DNA from: Desulfurococcales archaeon
GTDB lineage: Archaea; Thermoproteota; Thermoprotei_A; Sulfolobales; NBVN01
Assembly (NCBI GenBank): GCA_027002995.1
Contig: JALWZB010000087.1
Span: forward strand, 1 to 54,871
Direction: 5' to 3'
DNA: 54,871 bases
This document shows, piece after piece, positions 1-10,844 of this stretch (the first letter of the stretch is position 1; each line of letters begins with the position of its first letter). Under the pieces are notes generated by a model. It did no database searches and was not told the DNA's origin. It saw only the letters and a program-made list of their open reading frames with translations. A program made the translations under genes and the position numbers.

Positions 1-247
1 GATTAGCCCTGGTTAGTTCGGCAAAGTAGCCTATCCCGTGCTTGAGTAAATGATCCGCTATCCAGTACTCCGAGTATGGGTCCAACTCTTGGAGGGTGGG
101 GCCGTAACCCCAGCGTTCAGCGTTTATTACTGGGTAGTACCTCAGGTAAGAGCCTATGATCAGAGCTATTATGAGGACGGTAACCGAAACTATCAGTGTC
201 CATCGCGATCTGATAAATGCCTTCACGCTTGGCTTGCCGGGCATCAT
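1..247 (-). CDS. aglB: Oligosaccharyltransferase AglB/STT3, N-terminal part (runs off window)
   Basis: Manual translation from ATG 247: MMPGKPSVKAFIRSRWTLIVSVTVLIIALIIGSYLRYYP...LQELDPYSEYW. One TM helix is followed by the STT3-type ExDPY motif. Not in the ORF track. Confidence 0.75.
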   Translation of the reverse strand, partial: MMPGKPSVKAFIRSRWTLIVSVTVLIIALIIGSYLRYYPVINAERWGYGPTLQELDPYSEYWIADHLLKHGIGYFAELTRAN

Positions 248-278
248 TAAACCCAAAGGGTAAGTAAGGGCCGTTATT

Positions 279-1511
279 TTAAGTTTTTGAGTAAATGATT
301 TTCTCCTCACTAAACAGCTTCACCGCTAGGGCGAGTAGTACCCCTATCTCAGCTATTATCACTAACGCGTGGATCGCTGCCTGATTCACCTCACCGAGCA
401 CAGACCGCTTTATCATCCCGACAGCGTGGCTGTAGGGTATGACATATAATGTATATCTCAACGGCGCGGTTAGCGCGTTTATGTCCGCGTAGAGGGATAT
501 GAAGAACACTACCGAGGCAACGCTAATTATGGCGAGCGAGAAGGCTTGGGCGACCCTGTAGCTACCAGACCTTATGACTATCGGGAGTATTAGGGCTAGA
601 GATGCAAGTACCGATAAATACACGGCGCTTACGTGAGCTATCATTAGACCTGGTGTTAGTAGAGAGAATAAGTTAACGCCGTATGTCATTGAAGGTAAGG
701 CGAAGAAGAGTAGCAGACCCACGGCGTCCGCCAAGCCGGTGATGAGGCCTATGACTGACGCCGATAAGGTCTTACCGATCACGAGCGACCACCTAGGTAC
801 GGGTGTTGCTAGGAGGGCTTCGAAGGTTTTTCTCTCTTTCTCGCCTACGACGGAGTCCGTTATGTAGGCTATTGATGGCGTGGTAACGAATACCAGCGAG
901 AATGCGAGGATACGGCCCAGCATTACGCGGAAGCTCTCCTCGACACTGACAGTAGTACCCGAGGGACCTACTAATACCGTAGTATATACTATGGGGTTCA
1001 GGACGGAATCAGGGGTCACGGGCTTCTTAGCAAGAGTCCCCAAGTACTTTACCTTTGCTTCAGCCACCTTACGCGCGAAGCTACCTAGAACAGACTGAAC
1101 AGTGTTCTCTCCTTCATTACTCTTAGCTGAGCCAACGGACTTCACGATCCTAATGAGTGCTACCCTAGTGAGGGAAGAGAGGTTCGCCCTAAATCCCTTA
1201 GGTATGATGATCATTATGTCGTAGGACTTGACGCTATGGTTTAACACTCTGAAGCCCTTAGACTTAAGCGCAGCTACGATGCTGTTCGCGAGGTCGTTTG
1301 TGGAGAAGGTAGCATTACCTATGGTAAGCGTTCCTGGATCCTCGTTAATCACCACGGCGACACCCTGCTGTAGGGTTTGAACATAGATTGAGGTGATCCC
1401 CATTAATGGCATCATGAGTAGCGGGAGGAGAGAGATAGCGACTAACGTCTTAATATCCCTAGCCATATCCCGTAACTCCTTCCAGACGACCGGGTATAAC
1501 GACCTTCTCAA
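279..1511 (-). CDS. ABC-2 type exporter permease (NatB-like)
   Basis: VWKELRD start, GEKERKTFEALLATP motif, multiple TM segments; overlaps the ATPase gene. Confidence 0.85.
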   Translation of the reverse strand: MRRSLYPVVWKELRDMARDIKTLVAISLLPLLMMPLMGITSIYVQTLQQGVAVVINEDPGTLTIGNATFSTNDLANSIVAALKSKGFRVLNHSVKSYDIMIIIPKGFRANLSSLTRVALIRIVKSVGSAKSNEGENTVQSVLGSFARKVAEAKVKYLGTLAKKPVTPDSVLNPIVYTTVLVGPSGTTVSVEESFRVMLGRILAFSLVFVTTPSIAYITDSVVGEKERKTFEALLATPVPRWSLVIGKTLSASVIGLITGLADAVGLLLFFALPSMTYGVNLFSLLTPGLMIAHVSAVYLSVLASLALILPIVIRSGSYRVAQAFSLAIISVASVVFFISLYADINALTAPLRYTLYVIPYSHAVGMIKRSVLGEVNQAAIHALVIIAEIGVLLALAVKLFSEEKIIYSKT

Positions 1512-2272
1512 TCGAACTCACCCACTAACTTAATGAATGCCTCCTCAAGATTGGAGGCATTAGCCCTATGCTTAAGCTCCTTCGGCTCTCCCTCAGCAAC
1601 GATGGTTCCTTTATTAATTAAGATGACCCTATCGCATAGTTCCTCAACCTCAAGCATGTTATGAGATGACATGAGTACGGTCGTCCCTGAACGCTTAGCG
1701 AATTCCTTTATGGTCTTCCTTATGGTGTAGGCCGAGAAGACATCGAGCCCGGAGGTAGGCTCGTCAAGTAATACCAGGTCAGCGCCGACCATCAAGGCTC
1801 TTGCCAGCGCCACCCTCCTACTCATACCCTTACTGTACTCAGATGCCTTACGATGTAAATCCTTCTCGGATAACCCCGCAAGCTCGGCTCCGCGAGCAGC
1901 CATCTCCTTGGCTGACTCCATATCGTCAGCATAGATCATCGCGAAGTACAGCAGGTTTTCCCACCCAGTTAACCTATGGTACAGGCCCGCGTCCTCTGGA
2001 AGGTAGGAAATCCGCTCCCGCACTTCTGCCCTCTCCTCAGGTAATCTATGACCTAGGACCTCAACCACACCCCTATCGTGCCGAACAAGCGTGGCGATTA
2101 TCCTTAAGGTCGTTGTTTTACCGGCCCCGTTAGGTCCCAGGATGCCGTAAATAACACCCTTAGGTACCGTGAAAGATATCCCCTTCAGAGCCTGCACTTT
2201 CTTCCCGAAGGTTTTCACGACCCCCTCAAGCCTAATGGCGTAACCGTTACTGGACATGCCCTTCCTCGCCAC
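1508..2272 (-). CDS. ABC transporter ATP-binding protein (NatA-like)
   Basis: Walker A GPNGAGKTT, signature YSKGM, Walker B LLDEPT, H-loop SSH. Confidence 0.93.
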   Translation of the reverse strand: MARKGMSSNGYAIRLEGVVKTFGKKVQALKGISFTVPKGVIYGILGPNGAGKTTTLRIIATLVRHDRGVVEVLGHRLPEERAEVRERISYLPEDAGLYHRLTGWENLLYFAMIYADDMESAKEMAARGAELAGLSEKDLHRKASEYSKGMSRRVALARALMVGADLVLLDEPTSGLDVFSAYTIRKTIKEFAKRSGTTVLMSSHNMLEVEELCDRVILINKGTIVAEGEPKELKHRANASNLEEAFIKLVGEFD

Positions 2273-2436
2273 TAAAAGAGGTGTTTAACCAATATATTAG
2301 GTCTGGTGAGGCAGGCGCGAGCATGAGGTGATAGCGGTAATACCGCATTAATACCCGTTCACAGGGCTTTGTAACATCCTTCATTATACCCGATTTTATT
2401 AGACGTAGAGACGAGTAGGAGGGAAGGGAGGGGGTA

Positions 2437-3144
2437 GTGGTATCGATTACTGAGTCATTAGTGCAGGAAGTCCTGCTGAAGTATGGTGACAGGGCCTACT
2501 ACGTTCTCAGGGCGGCGCTTGAAGCTGCTGACGAGTACCGTGCCGAAGGAAGGAGATACCCTGGGGATTTCGACTTCAGAGGCTTAGTGGTGAAGCTCCG
2601 TGAATGGGGTTTCAGATACAACCCAAATCAGTTACTTCGAATACTGGAGCGTGAGTACGGCATCATCGAAACCTCCTACAAGTCGGCGGCTCAGCACTGG
2701 TACGTGTTCACTGATCGTGAGGCTGTGGAGGCGGTCCTTAGTGACTACGGGTCAAACGAGGGTGTTATTAACGAGATAGATGATCCTGAGACCTACGTTC
2801 TCGAACTTCAGATGGAGGCCGTGAGCATAGATTCCCTATTATCAAAGGTTAAGGCCCTATGCAGGAAGGTCAAGCTAAGCAGTGCGGACAGGGAAATGCT
2901 TAGGGAGATAATTATGAATGAGTTGCCGATAGTCGCTAAAGTTATGAAGGAGGCCAGCAAGTATGGGAACAAGTATTCGGACTTCATAAGCAAGGCAACC
3001 ACGCTCATGAAGCTAGCGAGGCAGGCCCTCACACTATCACGGGTTACGGAACGTGGTGTTAGCAGTGCTGGGGTCAGCGGAGTAAAGCCTAGTAAGGAGT
3101 TGAGGAGAGTAAGCATAGGTATAGAGGAAATTGACCGCACGTGA
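2437..3144 (+). CDS. Conserved hypothetical protein, possible N-terminal winged-helix
   Basis: 235 aa ORF with SD-like GGAGGGG upstream; overlaps panE. Confidence 0.7.
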   Translation: MVSITESLVQEVLLKYGDRAYYVLRAALEAADEYRAEGRRYPGDFDFRGLVVKLREWGFRYNPNQLLRILEREYGIIETSYKSAAQHWYVFTDREAVEAVLSDYGSNEGVINEIDDPETYVLELQMEAVSIDSLLSKVKALCRKVKLSSADREMLREIIMNELPIVAKVMKEASKYGNKYSDFISKATTLMKLARQALTLSRVTERGVSSAGVSGVKPSKELRRVSIGIEEIDRT

Positions 3145-4096
3145 CTTAATTAAGGGTAGCGTCGCCGTTATTGGGGTAGGTGCTGTAGGTTCTGTCATTA
3201 CCTACGCGTTAAATGAAGTAGGCATTAAGCCAGTATTAATCCACAGGAATGCCCAAGTAGCTGAGCTCTATAGGGAGCATGGAATTAAGGTGGAGGTACT
3301 GGGTGAAGGAGAGAGAATTATTGAGGGTCTACACACAACGTACAGTAATGTTCAGCCAGGTTCGATAGGGCTTGCCTTCATCTGCGTTAAAGCATATGAC
3401 GTTAAGAACGTGTTAAGCAAGCTCCCCAGACTGCTTAACAGGGATTCTATCCTGATCATGTGCCAGAACGGTTTAGGCTCCACGGAACTCGCCGAGGAGA
3501 TCGTGGGTCCGAATAACGTTTTGCAAGCCATTATCGGGTTCGGAGCTAACCGCGTTAATAGGCATGAGGTTCGCCTCACCGGTATTGGCCCAAGCTACAT
3601 TGGCCCAAAACGTAGGAGGGCCCCCTCAACACTTCACGCAGTCGCAAGACACGTGTCGGAATTATTGCGCGTGATTAACTTCATCTACGTTGACGAGAGT
3701 GAGGGCTACAGATGGGTCAAGCTAGGCATTAACGCCGGGATTAACCCAGTGACGACAATACTCGGCGTTAAGAACGGGATTGTGAACGAGGATGTTTACG
3801 CCAGGAACGTTGCGTTAGCTGCTGCCAATGAGGTTAAGGAGGTGGCGGTCGCTAAGGGTGTGTCCTTACCTAAGGATCCGGCGGATGCGTTACTTAGCGT
3901 TGCCAGAAACACTGCCGAAAACTACTCATCCATGCTTCAAGACATAAGGTCAAGGAAGCGGACCGAGGTCGACTACATAAATGGTTCCGTGTACTTAGAG
4001 GGTCTTAAGGTTGGTAGAGTGTGTCTAGTTAATTACACTCTTTGGAACATCGTGAAGTTCTTGGAGAGAATTCGGCTTCGTGGCGTGTCACGGTAA
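3131..4096 (+). CDS. panE: Ketopantoate reductase
   Basis: GVGAVG Rossmann motif, VKAY, QNGLG, KLGINAGINP, NYSSMLQD, TEVDYING. Confidence 0.93.
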   Translation: MTARDLIKGSVAVIGVGAVGSVITYALNEVGIKPVLIHRNAQVAELYREHGIKVEVLGEGERIIEGLHTTYSNVQPGSIGLAFICVKAYDVKNVLSKLPRLLNRDSILIMCQNGLGSTELAEEIVGPNNVLQAIIGFGANRVNRHEVRLTGIGPSYIGPKRRRAPSTLHAVARHVSELLRVINFIYVDESEGYRWVKLGINAGINPVTTILGVKNGIVNEDVYARNVALAAANEVKEVAVAKGVSLPKDPADALLSVARNTAENYSSMLQDIRSRKRTEVDYINGSVYLEGLKVGRVCLVNYTLWNIVKFLERIRLRGVSR

Positions 4097-4123
4097 CATT
4101 AATTTAGCGTTACCCCCAGTATA

Positions 4124-4999
4124 TTGGCGATGGCTACGATGGGTGATAAGATACTTCCTCATTACTTCATTAAAATGAAGAAGAAAGGCAAGAAAATAGT
4201 CATGGTTACTGCGTACACTTACTACCAAGCTAAGGTGGTGGATGAGGCAGGTATTGATGGGATCTTAGTGGGTGACTCCTTAGGGATGGTGGTGCTAGGG
4301 TATTCCTCAACCTTGCCCGTGACTATGGATGACATCATGCATCACCTTAGGGCAGTAGTTAATGCGTCACCAAGAGCCTTAGTTGTTGCTGACATGCCGT
4401 TCCTAAGTTACGAGGTCAGCCGGGAGGAGGCTGTGCGTAACGCTGGCAAACTACTGAAGGCAGGGGCAGACGCGGTTAAGGTTGAGGGTGGTGAGGAGAT
4501 CTTAGATAAGGTTGAGGCGATGGTCAAGGCAGGAATACCGGTGATGGGGCACGTTGGTCTTAACCCTCAACGCTATCTAGTCCTAGGGGGCTACAAGCTT
4601 AGGGGTAAGAAAGCCGAGGATGCCATGGAGGTGATCGAAGCCGCTAAGGCTCTGGAGGATGTCGGTGCTTTCTCGGTGGTGATTGAGAATACCGTTGCTG
4701 AGGTAGCGGCGCAGGTGACCAAGGAACTACGCATACCTACGATATGCATTGGTGCAGGCCCTGACTGTGACGGGCAGATACTCGTGATTCATGATGTGTT
4801 AGGCTTAAACCCCACTCCCCCACCATTCGCCCGTAAGTATGCTGACCTGTATAACGTAATGATTGATGCCCTCAGGAGGTACGCTGAGGACGTGCGTAAA
4901 GGTGCTTTCCCCGCGGAGGGTGAGTACTGGAGCATGAGTGAGGAGGAGCTCAGCAAGCTCCGTGAGAAACTGGCTGTGAGGAAAGATGTTAAGGAGTGA
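4124..4999 (+). CDS. panB: 3-methyl-2-oxobutanoate hydroxymethyltransferase
   Basis: [39 protein letters not shown] motifs. Confidence 0.96.
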   Translation: MAMATMGDKILPHYFIKMKKKGKKIVMVTAYTYYQAKVVDEAGIDGILVGDSLGMVVLGYSSTLPVTMDDIMHHLRAVVNASPRALVVADMPFLSYEVSREEAVRNAGKLLKAGADAVKVEGGEEILDKVEAMVKAGIPVMGHVGLNPQRYLVLGGYKLRGKKAEDAMEVIEAAKALEDVGAFSVVIENTVAEVAAQVTKELRIPTICIGAGPDCDGQILVIHDVLGLNPTPPPFARKYADLYNVMIDALRRYAEDVRKGAFPAEGEYWSMSEEELSKLREKLAVRKDVKE

Positions 5000-5009
5000 T
5001 GTGGGATGG

Positions 5010-5789
5010 TTAGAAGTTAAGGATGAGTTTCCCCTTAGCTAATTCCTCTAGTCTTTTGACAATGTGCCTCAGTACGTCCTGCAGGACGGCGTTGTTGTCG
5101 TAGCCCCTTAATATGCTCTCCAGTTCCTCTTTCCCACTCTCTCGGAGCCTTGATGCTTCCTCAACGAGTTTAGGCATAGCCCTAACAACATTATCCACTA
5201 TAGTTATGTTCGCCGCCCTAGCTGTGCGTGATAGTGGGTTAAGGTCTATAGCGATCACTGTCTTGCCTAGTCTCCGTAGGGCTTCCGTCCTATCACCGTC
5301 CTCCAGAGGTACGAGGACAACATCGGCTATTAGGATGCCTTCAGGGCTAACCCTCCTCCTTTCACTTTCTAGTTCAGGGATCGTGGCTGTGGCGTCATCA
5401 ACCCCTAACACTTCCTTAGCGCCGGCCTTCCTCAGCACTTCAGCGATCTTACGCGCCCGCTCTTCGGTTCTGTAAAATAGGTTCACCTCGATCTTCGCTC
5501 CCGTGACTTCCGCTAACCTAACGACATCCTCAGGTACCAGCGCAGCTACGTTCCCGTTAACTGAGATTACTGGGCGTTTAGCTAGGAGTAAGGCGGCAGC
5601 AGCCGCCCGTATGGCCTTAATAGCTGGTTCTATAGTGTGTTCACCCATTAGGTAGTCGAAACACTCTCCCCTACCGTGGGCTATGAGTCCAGCCACCGCC
5701 ACGTAGCCTTCCTCAAAGCCTTGGATGAGTTTCTCCCGCGTGATTAGGGACTCGTATCTCGGATGGCTCTTGGGTACCCAGTGAGTCAA
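5010..5789 (-). CDS. Phosphopantothenate synthetase (4-phosphopantoate-beta-alanine ligase)
   Basis: [44 protein letters not shown]. Confidence 0.93.
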   Translation of the reverse strand: MTHWVPKSHPRYESLITREKLIQGFEEGYVAVAGLIAHGRGECFDYLMGEHTIEPAIKAIRAAAAALLLAKRPVISVNGNVAALVPEDVVRLAEVTGAKIEVNLFYRTEERARKIAEVLRKAGAKEVLGVDDATATIPELESERRRVSPEGILIADVVLVPLEDGDRTEALRRLGKTVIAIDLNPLSRTARAANITIVDNVVRAMPKLVEEASRLRESGKEELESILRGYDNNAVLQDVLRHIVKRLEELAKGKLILNF

Positions 5790-6682
5790 GCCCCACGCAC
5801 CGACGTCCCTTCCTCTGCGATACTTAATAACCTAACCCTGCCGAGCGTACTCAACTCGCGTGCGACCTCATCCACGCACTCTGACCCGTGGATCACGACG
5901 AGTAAGGACTTCTTAACAAAGAAGTTAATCACGCACCCATTCCTCAAGGTCTGCCTAAGAATATCGCTAACCCTACCCTCTACCTCGGGACTCATCATGC
6001 CTGTAAGCCTGCTGAAGAGCCGGGCATTATCGGCAAACACCTCTAATCCCGGGTTCCTCAGGAACCTAGTCATAGCTTCCCTCCCATAGAGACTTATTCG
6101 CCCGGCTAAGTCCTTAAGCATCTCTGGGGTGGTTGTCCTCCCTATGAGGACGGTGCTCACATTGATCCTGTCTCTTACCTTAATGCTGAAGGCTTCCCCT
6201 AAGCCTGGAGGGCCGGGCTTGACACGCACTACGAGACCGCCTCCCAACGCCTCGGCAATCACGTCGCCCAAGCCTGTGAGGTTCTCGACCTCAGCGATGT
6301 GTGCGTGTCGAAGCGCCTCCTCTAAACGTAGCTCGCGCTGGGATGCTAGCTGTGCTGAGATAGCCATAGCTATGGCTAAGGCGGCGCTCAACCCGAAACC
6401 CTCCCCTAGCCCGGCGGGGGCCTCCGCAACTACGCCGAAACGCTCAACACCCGTTAGCCTAACTATAGAGTTCCTTAACCCTCCTTGAATCTCAACGTTG
6501 TTTAGCAAGACCACGTCATCAGCGCCAGTAACCCTGGCCGTGAGGTAAGGCTTCAACGTCAGCCCAACACCGACGGACCCTGTCAGCGTTGGTGCCGGGC
6601 CGTAATAAGGCACCCAGAACCCGCTAACGTGGAGCGGAACTTGGAGCGTGACCTCCCGCATAAACCTCATCCCGGACAGCAT
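5786..6682 (-). CDS. Pantoate kinase (GHMP family)
   Basis: PLHVSGFW, GxGFGLSAA, AHIAEV..TGLGDV; lies between coaBC and PPS. True start may be a few codons downstream. Confidence 0.88.
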   Translation of the reverse strand: MLSGMRFMREVTLQVPLHVSGFWVPYYGPAPTLTGSVGVGLTLKPYLTARVTGADDVVLLNNVEIQGGLRNSIVRLTGVERFGVVAEAPAGLGEGFGLSAALAIAMAISAQLASQRELRLEEALRHAHIAEVENLTGLGDVIAEALGGGLVVRVKPGPPGLGEAFSIKVRDRINVSTVLIGRTTTPEMLKDLAGRISLYGREAMTRFLRNPGLEVFADNARLFSRLTGMMSPEVEGRVSDILRQTLRNGCVINFFVKKSLLVVIHGSECVDEVARELSTLGRVRLLSIAEEGTSVRGA

Positions 6683-7916
6683 CTATTATTCTGCGAGCTA
6701 CCTCCGACTTCAACGTTAACTTGACGTGCTCAGGCTCCTTACCCTTCACTATTATCAGCACTTCATTAGTTTCCGTTGCGAAGCCAGAGCCCTCAGCACA
6801 CACGTCATTAGCCACAATGATATCGAAGCCCCTCTCCAGCATCTTGTGGCGGGCTGCCTCCGCTAAGGTGTTCAGGTCGCCGACAACGCACTCAGCCGCG
6901 AAGCCCACTAGGAGACCCTTGAAGCGTTTCCTAACTTCGATGGCGATCTTGGGCGTGGGCTCTAGCGTGATGGTGATGGGGCCTGACCCAGTTCTTACCT
7001 TCCCGCTAAACCTTCTGCTGAATCTGAAGTCTGTGGGGGCGGCAGCCATTACGATGACATCGTATTCGCTCCCGGATAATTCCTTGATGATTGCCTGGAG
7101 CATTTCCTCGGTTGTCTCAACGCCTATGCTTCTTATATAATGGGGTTTACTGACGCTTAAGGGACCGTGCACAAGGGTCACCCGCGCTCCCCTGAAGAAC
7201 GCTTCACGCGCTATGGCGATACCCATCCTCCCCGAGCTGGGGTTACTTATGAACCGCACATTATCGAGGTACTCGCGAGTGGGTCCGGCAGTAACAAGCA
7301 CTCTAAGTCCCCTAAGGTCCCTACCCCTTAACGTTACGGCCTCCACAGCAGCGACAACGTCCTCTGTTGAGGGGTACTTCGCCTTACCCTCGAGATCCAC
7401 TGGTGGTATTATCGTGACGCCGAACCCCTCAAGTTTCTTGATAGCCTCTACTACTGGTGGGGACCTCCAGAGACCACGGTGCATAGCTGGCGCAACTATT
7501 AGTGGCTTACCCAGCCCAAGCATGTCCACTGCAGTCAGTGAGACGGGATTGTCGCATATTCCATGCGCTATCTTAGAGAGTATGTCTGCCGTGGCTGGCG
7601 CGATCACCATAGAGTCACAGATTTTGCCTAGGGCAACATGACCGGTCTCGCCAGCGAAGCCTGTGAATGTTTTGGAGCCCGTGGCCCACTCAATCAATGC
7701 AGGCCCCACGAGTTCGGCCGCCGCCTTACTCAGTACGGTGTAGACCTCAGCACCTCTCCGGATTAACTCCCTCATAACGTCGATGGTTCTGTAGATGGCT
7801 ACCGAACCCGTTAATCCGAACGCGATCCTCCTCCCTGATAGCACGGATGCCTTAGTTCCCTCTATTTCCTGGATCGGGTGGTAAGGTGGTTCCTTCAGCG
7901 GCATGCATGCCCACAC
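6624..7916 (-). CDS. coaBC: Bifunctional phosphopantothenoylcysteine decarboxylase/ligase
   Basis: TGSVAIY, APATA, PAMH, TAGPTRE.LD.VRFISNPSSGRMG, VGFAAE, IVANDV. Confidence 0.95.
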   Translation of the reverse strand: MWACMPLKEPPYHPIQEIEGTKASVLSGRRIAFGLTGSVAIYRTIDVMRELIRRGAEVYTVLSKAAAELVGPALIEWATGSKTFTGFAGETGHVALGKICDSMVIAPATADILSKIAHGICDNPVSLTAVDMLGLGKPLIVAPAMHRGLWRSPPVVEAIKKLEGFGVTIIPPVDLEGKAKYPSTEDVVAAVEAVTLRGRDLRGLRVLVTAGPTREYLDNVRFISNPSSGRMGIAIAREAFFRGARVTLVHGPLSVSKPHYIRSIGVETTEEMLQAIIKELSGSEYDVIVMAAAPTDFRFSRRFSGKVRTGSGPITITLEPTPKIAIEVRKRFKGLLVGFAAECVVGDLNTLAEAARHKMLERGFDIIVANDVCAEGSGFATETNEVLIIVKGKEPEHVKLTLKSEVARRIIDAVRDEVYAGGHAPSSAPR

Positions 7917-7957
7917 TAAACTAAAGTTATTATGACGCCGTAATAAACTAAATCAAG

Positions 7958-8458
7958 GTGCGGTTGTTGAGTAGCGAGGAAAGCGGTAAGGTAACTATTA
8001 GGGAAGCTAGGGAGGAAGACCTTCCCGAAATAATCCGTATCAACCTCCAAACACTCCCCGAGCATTACCCAGACTACTTCTGGAGGGATCACCTGCGTTT
8101 GTGGGGTAAGGCGTTCCTAGTTGCAGAGGTTGATGGGAGGATAGTCGGGTACGTTATGACGAGAGTGGATCGCGGTTTAGGGTACGTATACTGGAAGCCT
8201 TTCAAGAAACTCGGGCACATAGTAAGTATCGCGGTGCTTCCGGAGTTCAGGAGGCGTGGCATAGGCATGAGGCTCATGATTGAAGCCATGAGGAGGCTTA
8301 AGGAGGTCTATGGAGCAAGCGAGGTTTATCTGGAGGTCCGCGTTAGTAATGACGCAGCGATAAGGCTCTACGAGAAGCTTGGTTTCCGGAAAGTGAAGCA
8401 ATTGAGGAAGTACTACCTGGACGGTGAGGATGCGTGGTTAATGGCGAGGGAACTTTAA
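7958..8458 (+). CDS. N-terminal protein acetyltransferase Ard1/RimI family
   Basis: LPEHY, GHIVSIAV..RRRGIG, LEVRVSN, YYLDGEDA. Confidence 0.92.
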   Translation: MRLLSSEESGKVTIREAREEDLPEIIRINLQTLPEHYPDYFWRDHLRLWGKAFLVAEVDGRIVGYVMTRVDRGLGYVYWKPFKKLGHIVSIAVLPEFRRRGIGMRLMIEAMRRLKEVYGASEVYLEVRVSNDAAIRLYEKLGFRKVKQLRKYYLDGEDAWLMAREL

Positions 8459-9069
8459 GGGTTGCGCCAATGCCTTAATGGTAATATTCTGGAAGTAACG
8501 GATTTGCGATCCTTCCTAATCAAGGCGCATGCTTCGCCTTTACCTAACACATACGTTTTTGTGTTGTTAATTAAGCACGTGTCAACGTACTCACCACCAC
8601 ATATGTGGAGTGAGGGACGTATCTTCTCGATAAAGGTTCTAAGCTCGTCAAGTCCCCTACGTACTTTAAGGGTTCCTATGAGGTCTCCGCAACCCCTAGG
8701 CGGGTGATAAGATAGGGTAATGTCAATCCTCTTACCCAATGTACCTGCATCTACTAGCTTTAACACGCGCTCCATGTTTTGGTGGGGATCTATACCACCC
8801 ACACCAGCTACTACTACATTATTTATTTCGACGACATTACCATCCAGTAGCGCGTTGAGCTTCCTTGCCTGCTTAGTGACTCGGATGTCGTCTTCAGCAC
8901 CGCTTAGGAAGTAGGGGTTGGGTAGGAGCCCAGCATATTCTTCCGGGTCTAACCCTAAGTTGCCTATCACTATGGTTGCGGCGATTTTCACGTCCCGGAG
9001 CTCCTGTGCGAGCCTTAGTAACTCGTTTCTGGTTTTAACGCGTGGATTAGCTACTATCGCTATAAACAA
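8455..9069 (-). CDS. Divergent metallophosphoesterase-fold protein
   Basis: Residual calcineurin-like pattern (VIGNLG, LSGAED, SYHPP, HICG) with metal ligands largely substituted. Confidence 0.55.
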   Translation of the reverse strand: MFIAIVANPRVKTRNELLRLAQELRDVKIAATIVIGNLGLDPEEYAGLLPNPYFLSGAEDDIRVTKQARKLNALLDGNVVEINNVVVAGVGGIDPHQNMERVLKLVDAGTLGKRIDITLSYHPPRGCGDLIGTLKVRRGLDELRTFIEKIRPSLHICGGEYVDTCLINNTKTYVLGKGEACALIRKDRKSVTSRILPLRHWRNP

Positions 9070-9970
9070 TGTTGCTCACCAAGTAAAGCGCTATTGCAGC
9101 ACTCATAATGTCTGAGGTGCTCCCAGGGTTTACGCCTACATCCCTGAGCGCCTTACTCACGGCATTCCATTCATTTGTACCGGGTCTTAGTGAGGATGCT
9201 GCGTTGCTTAGGAGTAATGCGGTGGGTAGGCCCCACGCCTTAAGCACTAACGTGTCAGGCATCTTTGAGAGTATGTATGCTTGGAGGTAGGGTATAGCTT
9301 TCAGTAATTCGGTTGGTTTCTTAGCTAGAGCTAACAACTTGTTTAGTGCGAGTAGCGTAATGCGGAATCCATGTGTGATGTCGTAGGCTATCATGTCGTA
9401 GTACGCTGAGCACGTTAGCGCGTCCCACACGCTAACCTTTGTTGATGCAACGTCGTCCTTCACGCTGGGTACTGTCCCGACGAACTTTCCTAAGTGTCCT
9501 TCGCTGGCGGTCTTTATGGCGGCGTAGAAGTGTTTGATGTTCTCCTTCTTGAGTTGCTCTTCTATGATTGAGTAGTGTCGCGTGATGATAGCAATCATGT
9601 CCTTCAGGTCGTCCTTGCTTCCTCTTAGCGCCAGTCCCACAGCGTATGATAGTGGCACGCTCAGCATTAAGTAGCCTAGGGCAGTGTTTGTTCTGATTAG
9701 GGGGTTACGCATGATTTTCCTAATGCCGTGAAGCACGAGCTTACCTAAGCTAAGGGGTTTCCCCCTTAACGCATTATTTACGCTGCGTATCACTACGTCA
9801 CGTACTGTCGGCGCGCTTAGAGCGAATTTAGTGAGGTTTAGATCCTTGATTTCCTCCGTGCCGCTAACCGTGCTTAGCTTCCCGGGTGTGGCGGCCTCAA
9901 TGATAAGCGCGGCTGAGAAAGCGTCGGCGACCGCGTGTTTCAGCCTGTTTTGCCTGCTACGCGCTCTCAG
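9047..9970 (-). CDS. CitG-family triphosphoribosyl-dephospho-CoA synthase-like protein (start extended to a probable CTG)
   Basis: NTALG and NPGSTSD motifs. The frame stays open upstream of the annotated GTG 9793 and encodes a CitG-like N-terminus (IIEAATPGKLSTV...DL...F) up to CTG 9970, with an in-frame TGA at 9979. Confidence 0.7.
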   Translation of the reverse strand: MRARSRQNRLKHAVADAFSAALIIEAATPGKLSTVSGTEEIKDLNLTKFALSAPTVRDVVIRSVNNALRGKPLSLGKLVLHGIRKIMRNPLIRTNTALGYLMLSVPLSYAVGLALRGSKDDLKDMIAIITRHYSIIEEQLKKENIKHFYAAIKTASEGHLGKFVGTVPSVKDDVASTKVSVWDALTCSAYYDMIAYDITHGFRITLLALNKLLALAKKPTELLKAIPYLQAYILSKMPDTLVLKAWGLPTALLLSNAASSLRPGTNEWNAVSKALRDVGVNPGSTSDIMSAAIALYLVSNIVYSDSS

Positions 9971-10689
9971 ACTAACTCACGCTCACCGGGGAGTTGCTTT
10001 ACAACGTAGATCTTTTCTAACTCCCCCTCAATGAGTTGGCGCCAGCGGTCCGAGACCGCCACTATCGAGAATAGCCCTATAGGTGTCGCTCCAGCCATCT
10101 TAATCAGCTTTATCAGAGCCTTGGAAGTCCTGCCCGTGTTTAGGAGGTCGTCAACTATGAGTACCCTGTCACTCACGCTTAGAAATGAGGCAGGCAGGAA
10201 CAGGTTCACGACGGCTGGCGGGTCCCTTGCTAAGTAACTTGTCTGGTAGTACTCCTTAATGCCGAACTCAGGCTTCTTTCTCGCTATCACTAGGCTAGTG
10301 TCAAGCACGCTCGCTACCTTAACCGCTATGGGGATACCGTCCACCTCAACTGTGGCGACAGCCGTTATGTTATACTTGTGGAATTCTCTGTAGGCTAGGT
10401 ACGCGAATATCTTGAGCAGTGAGGGATTATATATTACTTTCGAGAGATTGTAGATGTTATCCCCGACCTCTATGATGTTATCTCTGAGCACCCGATCTAT
10501 TACCTGGGGCTGTGTTAACTTTTTAACAAGCTCCTGTGCCCTCTCCGTGCTCGGCATGATCTTCATGTTAATGTACCTCCATAGTGCGGGTGCTGGGAGG
10601 CCTGTGATTGCCTCTAGGTCCTTATACTTAAACACCTTCTTGTAGGATCGGAGTAGCTCGATAGCGAATATCCTTATGTCTGTGAGCAT
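9967..10689 (-). CDS. HTH-containing phosphoribosyltransferase (PurR/Apt-like regulator)
   Basis: N-terminal HTH (YKDLEAITGLPAPALWRY), PRPP-binding loop VLIVDDLLNTGRT. Confidence 0.85.
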   Translation of the reverse strand: MLTDIRIFAIELLRSYKKVFKYKDLEAITGLPAPALWRYINMKIMPSTERAQELVKKLTQPQVIDRVLRDNIIEVGDNIYNLSKVIYNPSLLKIFAYLAYREFHKYNITAVATVEVDGIPIAVKVASVLDTSLVIARKKPEFGIKEYYQTSYLARDPPAVVNLFLPASFLSVSDRVLIVDDLLNTGRTSKALIKLIKMAGATPIGLFSIVAVSDRWRQLIEGELEKIYVVKQLPGERELV

Positions 10690-10844
10690 TTAGCCCACCT
10701 CAGTCTCAAGTTCATGTTAAAGTACGACTTATAAGTTTATATCAGTTAAGTAAAACAGTGAGGACAGGTGGTGGTGTTCTGTTACCTTAAACTGTCAATA
10801 GGGGGTTAAACGGTGGAATACTTATTCATATGTTAACACAGTCT

